Assembly (NCBI GenBank): GCA_045221675.1 | Contig: JBGUWZ010000012.1 | Location: 15,278 to 79,277, forward strand | Direction of reading: 5' to 3' | Length of the DNA: 64,000 nt | Origin: Lachnospiraceae bacterium | GTDB taxonomy: Bacteria; Bacillota; Clostridia; Lachnospirales; Lachnospiraceae | Shown here: in pieces, positions 59,874-64,000 of the stretch | Layout of the letters: every line of letters starts with the position of its first letter | Numbering within the stretch: position 1 is the first letter of the stretch | Translations under genes and position numbers: made by a program | The notes under the pieces: generated by a model | Told to the model about the DNA's origin: nothing | Seen by the model: the letters and a program-made list of their open reading frames with translations, nothing else | Database searches by the model: none

Positions 59874-61700
59874 TTGGGATTGCTTCAACAAGCATATAAA
59901 ACATATGAATCACATTATGCAGATGTAGGAAAAGTGTTTGAAAATCAAGAGCCTTTGGCTCCAGTTTCTCATCTGACAACAAAAGCTAAGATCGAAATAA
60001 CTATCAATGAAAAAGGCGAATTCATATCAGCTGCTTCTCTGGATAAAAACAGAGAAAAAATCATAATTCCTGTGACCGAGAAGTCCTCTGGCAGGACAAG
60101 TGGAAAGGATCCCTGTCCACACCCTTTAGCAGAACAACTTGGGTATCTTGTTCCCTACAATACACGAAAGCGGGAAGCGTATTTGCAACAGCTTCAAGAC
60201 TGGATTGATTCGGATTATGCAAACATTAAGCTTGCTCCCATCTATCGTTATGTTAATGGCGGGACAATTCTTACTGATTTGGTAAAAAGCAAAATCATAA
60301 AGCTGGAGGAGAACGGTCATACCAAAAATGAAAAGGATCTTATAAGATGGATTGTTCTTGGTGTCGGAGAAAACAGCGGTCCCTGTTGGACTGATAAAAC
60401 GCTATTTGATGACTACACCCAGTATTACAGACACTATAAAATACGAGAAGCGCCTGTATTATGTATGATATCAGGAGAAGAGACTGCCCCTGTACATAAT
60501 TATCCGAAGGGAATAATCGCAAATAACGGCAATGCTAAACTAATCTCCGCCAATGACGACAGCGGATTCACTTATAGAGGCAGATTCGACCAAGATTGGC
60601 AAGCCGCAACTGTGGGATATGAAGTGTCGCAACAAGCACACAATGCACTGCACTGGATTGCTGCAAATCAAGGAGTTGTCCTTGGCAATAAGTCTTCCAG
60701 AGCCTTTCTATGTTGGAATCCGGAGGGGCTCAAAGTTCCGTCCCCATTAAAGCCTCTGCGTCGTCTCCAGAAAACAGAAATAAATGTAGTAAATATCAGT
60801 TATCAAAAAGATTTGTATAAAACACTGATTGGCTGGAAAGAACAATTAAGCGACAATGCCAACAGCACAACCGTCATAGCTTCTTTCGATGCAGCCACAA
60901 CAGGCAGATTGTCCGTCACCTATTATAACGAACTACTAACATCTGATTTTTTGGACAGACTCTATAACTGGGACTTGCATTGCCAATGGTTCTTCACATA
61001 CCAAAACATACAAGAATCCCCCTCGCTAAAGCAGATTGTTGAATGTGCCTATGGAGTCGAGCGCTCAGAAAATGGCAAAGTCATTTTATATGTCAAGGAC
61101 AAATTATTAGAACAACAGGTACAGCGCTTAATGGCATGCCGCATAGAATGTGCCAAATTTCCACGAGATCTTGAGCATCAACTGGTGCAACGTGCTTCCT
61201 CGCCACATATCTATAGTGATAAAAAGACATATAGAAAAGTGTTATCAACAGCTTGCGCTGTTATAAAAAAAGTGTATTTCGATTATGGAAAGGAGGAAAT
61301 TGAAATGGCTTTGAACCCGCAAAAGCAGGATAGGAGCTATCAATTCGGCAGGCTTCTTGCAGTGATGGAGAAAATCGAAACGGATACGTTTGATTCAACC
61401 GACGACAAAAGGACATCCAATGCTATGCGTCTCCAGTCTGTGTTCTGTAAAGAACCGATGAAATATGCAAACTTGTTGAATATGCAGATGGATAAAGCTT
61501 ATATGCCAAAGCTAAAGCCTGCTCAGAGAGTGTATTATAAACGTCTACTCGGACAGATTATCGACATCATCAACAATGAACCGGAGAAGGAATGGAATAA
61601 GCCTTTAAAAGATACTTACTTAATAGGATATTATCTGCAGAGAAACGAATTGTATTCGAAAAAAGACAAGGAGGAAAAAAATGAGTCTTCTGAAGAATAA
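59874..61700 (+). CDS. cas8c: Type I-C large subunit Cas8c/Csd1
   Basis: SSGRTSG, PHPLAEQLGY, AKLISAND, TTGRLSVTYY, DRSYQFGRLLA; TTG start. Confidence 0.94.
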   Translation: MGLLQQAYKTYESHYADVGKVFENQEPLAPVSHLTTKAKIEITINEKGEFISAASLDKNREKIIIPVTEKSSGRTSGKDPCPHPLAEQLGYLVPYNTRKREAYLQQLQDWIDSDYANIKLAPIYRYVNGGTILTDLVKSKIIKLEENGHTKNEKDLIRWIVLGVGENSGPCWTDKTLFDDYTQYYRHYKIREAPVLCMISGEETAPVHNYPKGIIANNGNAKLISANDDSGFTYRGRFDQDWQAATVGYEVSQQAHNALHWIAANQGVVLGNKSSRAFLCWNPEGLKVPSPLKPLRRLQKTEINVVNISYQKDLYKTLIGWKEQLSDNANSTTVIASFDAATTGRLSVTYYNELLTSDFLDRLYNWDLHCQWFFTYQNIQESPSLKQIVECAYGVERSENGKVILYVKDKLLEQQVQRLMACRIECAKFPRDLEHQLVQRASSPHIYSDKKTYRKVLSTACAVIKKVYFDYGKEEIEMALNPQKQDRSYQFGRLLAVMEKIETDTFDSTDDKRTSNAMRLQSVFCKEPMKYANLLNMQMDKAYMPKLKPAQRVYYKRLLGQIIDIINNEPEKEWNKPLKDTYLIGYYLQRNELYSKKDKEEKNESSEE

Positions 61701-62526
61701 AATAGATTTTGTAATGTTTATCTCCGTAACCAGAGCAAATTCAAATGGTGATCCGTTAAATGGAAACCGCCCCAGAACAGATTATGATGGATATGGTGAA
61801 ATATCGGATGTATGTATAAAGCGCAAAATCCGAAACAGAATGCAGGATCTGGGATACAGCATTTTTGTGCAATCAGATGACAGACAAACCGATGGTTTTA
61901 ATAGTCTGAGTGAACGTGCCACAGCAACGCTTGGAAAAATCAAAGATCGTGAAACATATGCAACTACAGCCTGCAAAACATGGATGGATGTGAAATCCTT
62001 TGGTCAGGTATTTGCATTCAAATCCTCTGAGAAAAACGGAGTTTCTGTTGGTGTTAGAGGACCAGTTTCTATCCATCAGGCCGTTAGTGTTTCACCTATA
62101 GAAATTGAGTCATTGCAGATTACAAAAAGTGTAAACAGTGAACCAAACGAAAAAAAATCATCCGATACTATGGGCATGAAGCATTATGTGCGCTTTGGCA
62201 TTTATAAAATAAAGGGAAGTATCAACGTTCAGTTAGCTACGAAAACAGGCTTTTCAGAAGAAGACGCAGATGTCATTAAAGAATGCCTCCGAACACTGTT
62301 TGTTAATGATGCTTCATCCTCAAGACCAGAAGGTTCCATGGAAGTCCTCAAACTTTATTGGTTTAAACATAATTGCAAAGATGGTCAGTATTCCTCCGCC
62401 AACGTACATCGCTCTGTAGAAGTTCGTTGCTTAAACGAGGACACTATTCCTACGAGCATTAATGATTACGAATACGTTGTAAACGAACTTCCCGGACTCG
62501 AGCCGGAGATAATCAATGGAATATAA
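61681..62526 (+). CDS. cas7c: Type I-C backbone Cas7c/Csd2
   Basis: NSNGDPLNGNRPR, SDVCIKRKIRN, RGPVSI, TMGMKH. Confidence 0.96.
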   Translation: MSLLKNKIDFVMFISVTRANSNGDPLNGNRPRTDYDGYGEISDVCIKRKIRNRMQDLGYSIFVQSDDRQTDGFNSLSERATATLGKIKDRETYATTACKTWMDVKSFGQVFAFKSSEKNGVSVGVRGPVSIHQAVSVSPIEIESLQITKSVNSEPNEKKSSDTMGMKHYVRFGIYKIKGSINVQLATKTGFSEEDADVIKECLRTLFVNDASSSRPEGSMEVLKLYWFKHNCKDGQYSSANVHRSVEVRCLNEDTIPTSINDYEYVVNELPGLEPEIINGI

Positions 62527-63169
62527 AGAAGAGGATTATTTGCAACTATCCGGAATACAGCATTTCCTATTCTGCCGCAGGCAATGGGCCTTAATCCATA
62601 TTGAACAGCAGTGGGCAGATAACTACCAGACGGCTGATGGAATTATTATGCACAAGAACACACATGACAGCGGTTTCAGATCTTCACGTGGTGATATCAT
62701 CACGGTTCGTGCTTTGCGTGTCCATTCTGCGACACTTGGACTTTCCGGTGAGTGCGACGCGGTTGAGTTTCATGTGGACGAAACTGGTATTTCATTAGCA
62801 AAAACCAACGGTTTATGGAAACCATACCCGGTTGAGTATAAACGCGGTAAGCCTAAAAATGACATTTTTGATAAAGCACAACTATGTGCTCAGGCCATGT
62901 GCCTAGAAGAAATGCTTTGTTGTACGATACCCGAGGGAGCTCTTTACTATGGAGAGCCCCGAAGGCGTGAACGAGTTTTATTCACCCAAGACTTACGCAT
63001 AACAGTATCTCAGGCAGTTGAAGAAATGCATCAATTGTATTCCAGGGGCTATACGCCAAAAACAAAACCCAAGAAAGAATGCAATTCCTGTTCACTGAAA
63101 GACATTTGTCTCCCTGTACTTGTAAGTATGCAGTCGGTAGATGAGTATATGAAGGACTCGTTAAAATAG
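62516..63169 (+). CDS. cas4: Cas4
   Basis: FCRRQWAL, CDAVE, EYKRG, QLCAQAMCLEE, C-terminal cysteines. Confidence 0.96.
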   Translation: MEYKEEDYLQLSGIQHFLFCRRQWALIHIEQQWADNYQTADGIIMHKNTHDSGFRSSRGDIITVRALRVHSATLGLSGECDAVEFHVDETGISLAKTNGLWKPYPVEYKRGKPKNDIFDKAQLCAQAMCLEEMLCCTIPEGALYYGEPRRRERVLFTQDLRITVSQAVEEMHQLYSRGYTPKTKPKKECNSCSLKDICLPVLVSMQSVDEYMKDSLK

Positions 63170-63180
63170 GGTAAAACGAA

Positions 63181-64000
63181 ATGAAAGTTTTGCTAAACTC
63201 TTTATTTATCACAATAGAAAATGCGTATGCCTCATTAGATGGGGAAAACGTCGTAGTTAAGCAAAAAGATGATACCCTGGCTCGTTTTCCTTTACATATT
63301 CTGGACGCTATCTATATCTTTTCTTATTCCGGAGCATCTCCTGCATTAATGGGAAAATGTGCTGATAAAGGAATTGATTTAGTCTTTTGCTCTCCCAGTG
63401 GAAGATTTCTTGCAAGGACATGTGGTATGAGTCGTGGAAATGTGCTTCTGAGGCGCAAACAATATCGCTTTGCAGATTCCGAGAAAGAAAGTTGTAAAAT
63501 CGCCAGAAATTTTATATTTGGTAAAATAAGAAACTCAAGACAGGTAATAGAAAGGGCAAAGAGAGATCATGCTTTAAAACTTGATATTGATGCTCTATCC
63601 AAAATATCAGATTATCTGAAAACACAACTGGAGGAAGTGCTTCAAGCAAATGATTTGGAATCTCTTCGTGGCATAGAAGGCAAAAGTGCCTCACAATATT
63701 TTAGTGTTTTCGACGATCTGATCCTTACTTCAAAAGATTCTTTTTATTACCATGGAAGAAATCGCCGTCCGCCCTTAGATAATGTCAATGCTCTGTTATC
63801 TTATGCATATACTATGCTTGGCAGCAGTTGTGCCTCCGCTTTAGAAACCGTCGGTCTGGATTCATATGTTGGTTTTATGCATCGTGACCGACCAGGAAGA
63901 ACGTCTTTAGCTCAGAATCTTATGGAAGAATTAAGGCCTTGTATGGCAGACCGCTTTGTACTGACATTGATCAACAACAAAATTGTTGATCAATCTGATT
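63181..64000 (+). CDS. cas1: Type I-C Cas1 (partial; runs off the window)
   Basis: Own translation from ATG 63181: LRGIEG, RNRRPPLDNVNALLSY, GFMHRDRPGR; open to position 64000. Confidence 0.95.
   Translation, partial: MKVLLNSLFITIENAYASLDGENVVVKQKDDTLARFPLHILDAIYIFSYSGASPALMGKCADKGIDLVFCSPSGRFLARTCGMSRGNVLLRRKQYRFADSEKESCKIARNFIFGKIRNSRQVIERAKRDHALKLDIDALSKISDYLKTQLEEVLQANDLESLRGIEGKSASQYFSVFDDLILTSKDSFYYHGRNRRPPLDNVNALLSYAYTMLGSSCASALETVGLDSYVGFMHRDRPGRTSLAQNLMEELRPCMADRFVLTLINNKIVDQSD

Noticed and set aside
55435-64000. CRISPR array or cas2
   Set aside because: No multi-repeat array in the window; cas1 is cut by the window edge, so both are expected downstream

Overview
Chromosomal segment of a Clostridia-class firmicute, Lachnospiraceae-like judging by gene content and SLH proteins (inference). 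Positions 1-55 kb are mostly housekeeping and metabolic genes: tsaE-tsaB-rimI-rnz-tsaD, uvrC, an SLH-anchored C1 peptidase, hprK-glcK, PBP1A, ftsH, metY, the ispF-cysE-mrnC-rlmB-sigH cluster, a GldG-type ABC system, paaK, nucleoside salvage, a sugar ABC locus, cls and an ECF sigma/anti-sigma pair. Several accessory genes carry large in-frame deletions or are reduced to fragments (GH32, Ldh_2, RraA, 2-HCT/CMD). After tRNA-Met(CAT) the sequence turns visibly AT-richer: a broken IS4-family transposase, then a type I-C cas operon (cas3-cas5c-cas8c-cas7-cas4-cas1, running off the end; no CRISPR array in the window). Best finding: in the cas3 5' leader, on the opposite strand, is a CRISPR-like mini RNA with its own promoter, a solitary I-C-shaped repeat, a spacer and a terminator. 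Its spacer matches the cas promoter region next to a TTC PAM, with mismatches only at positions 6 and 12 of the first 18 nt. This predicts CreR/CreA-type autorepression or a CRISPR-repressed toxin. Second: a ~1.45 kb island (21.5-23.0 kb) holds a helically phased array of RCAGT-N25-ACTGY inverted repeats beside a stand-alone NUMOD1 DNA-binding gene and further tandem repeats.
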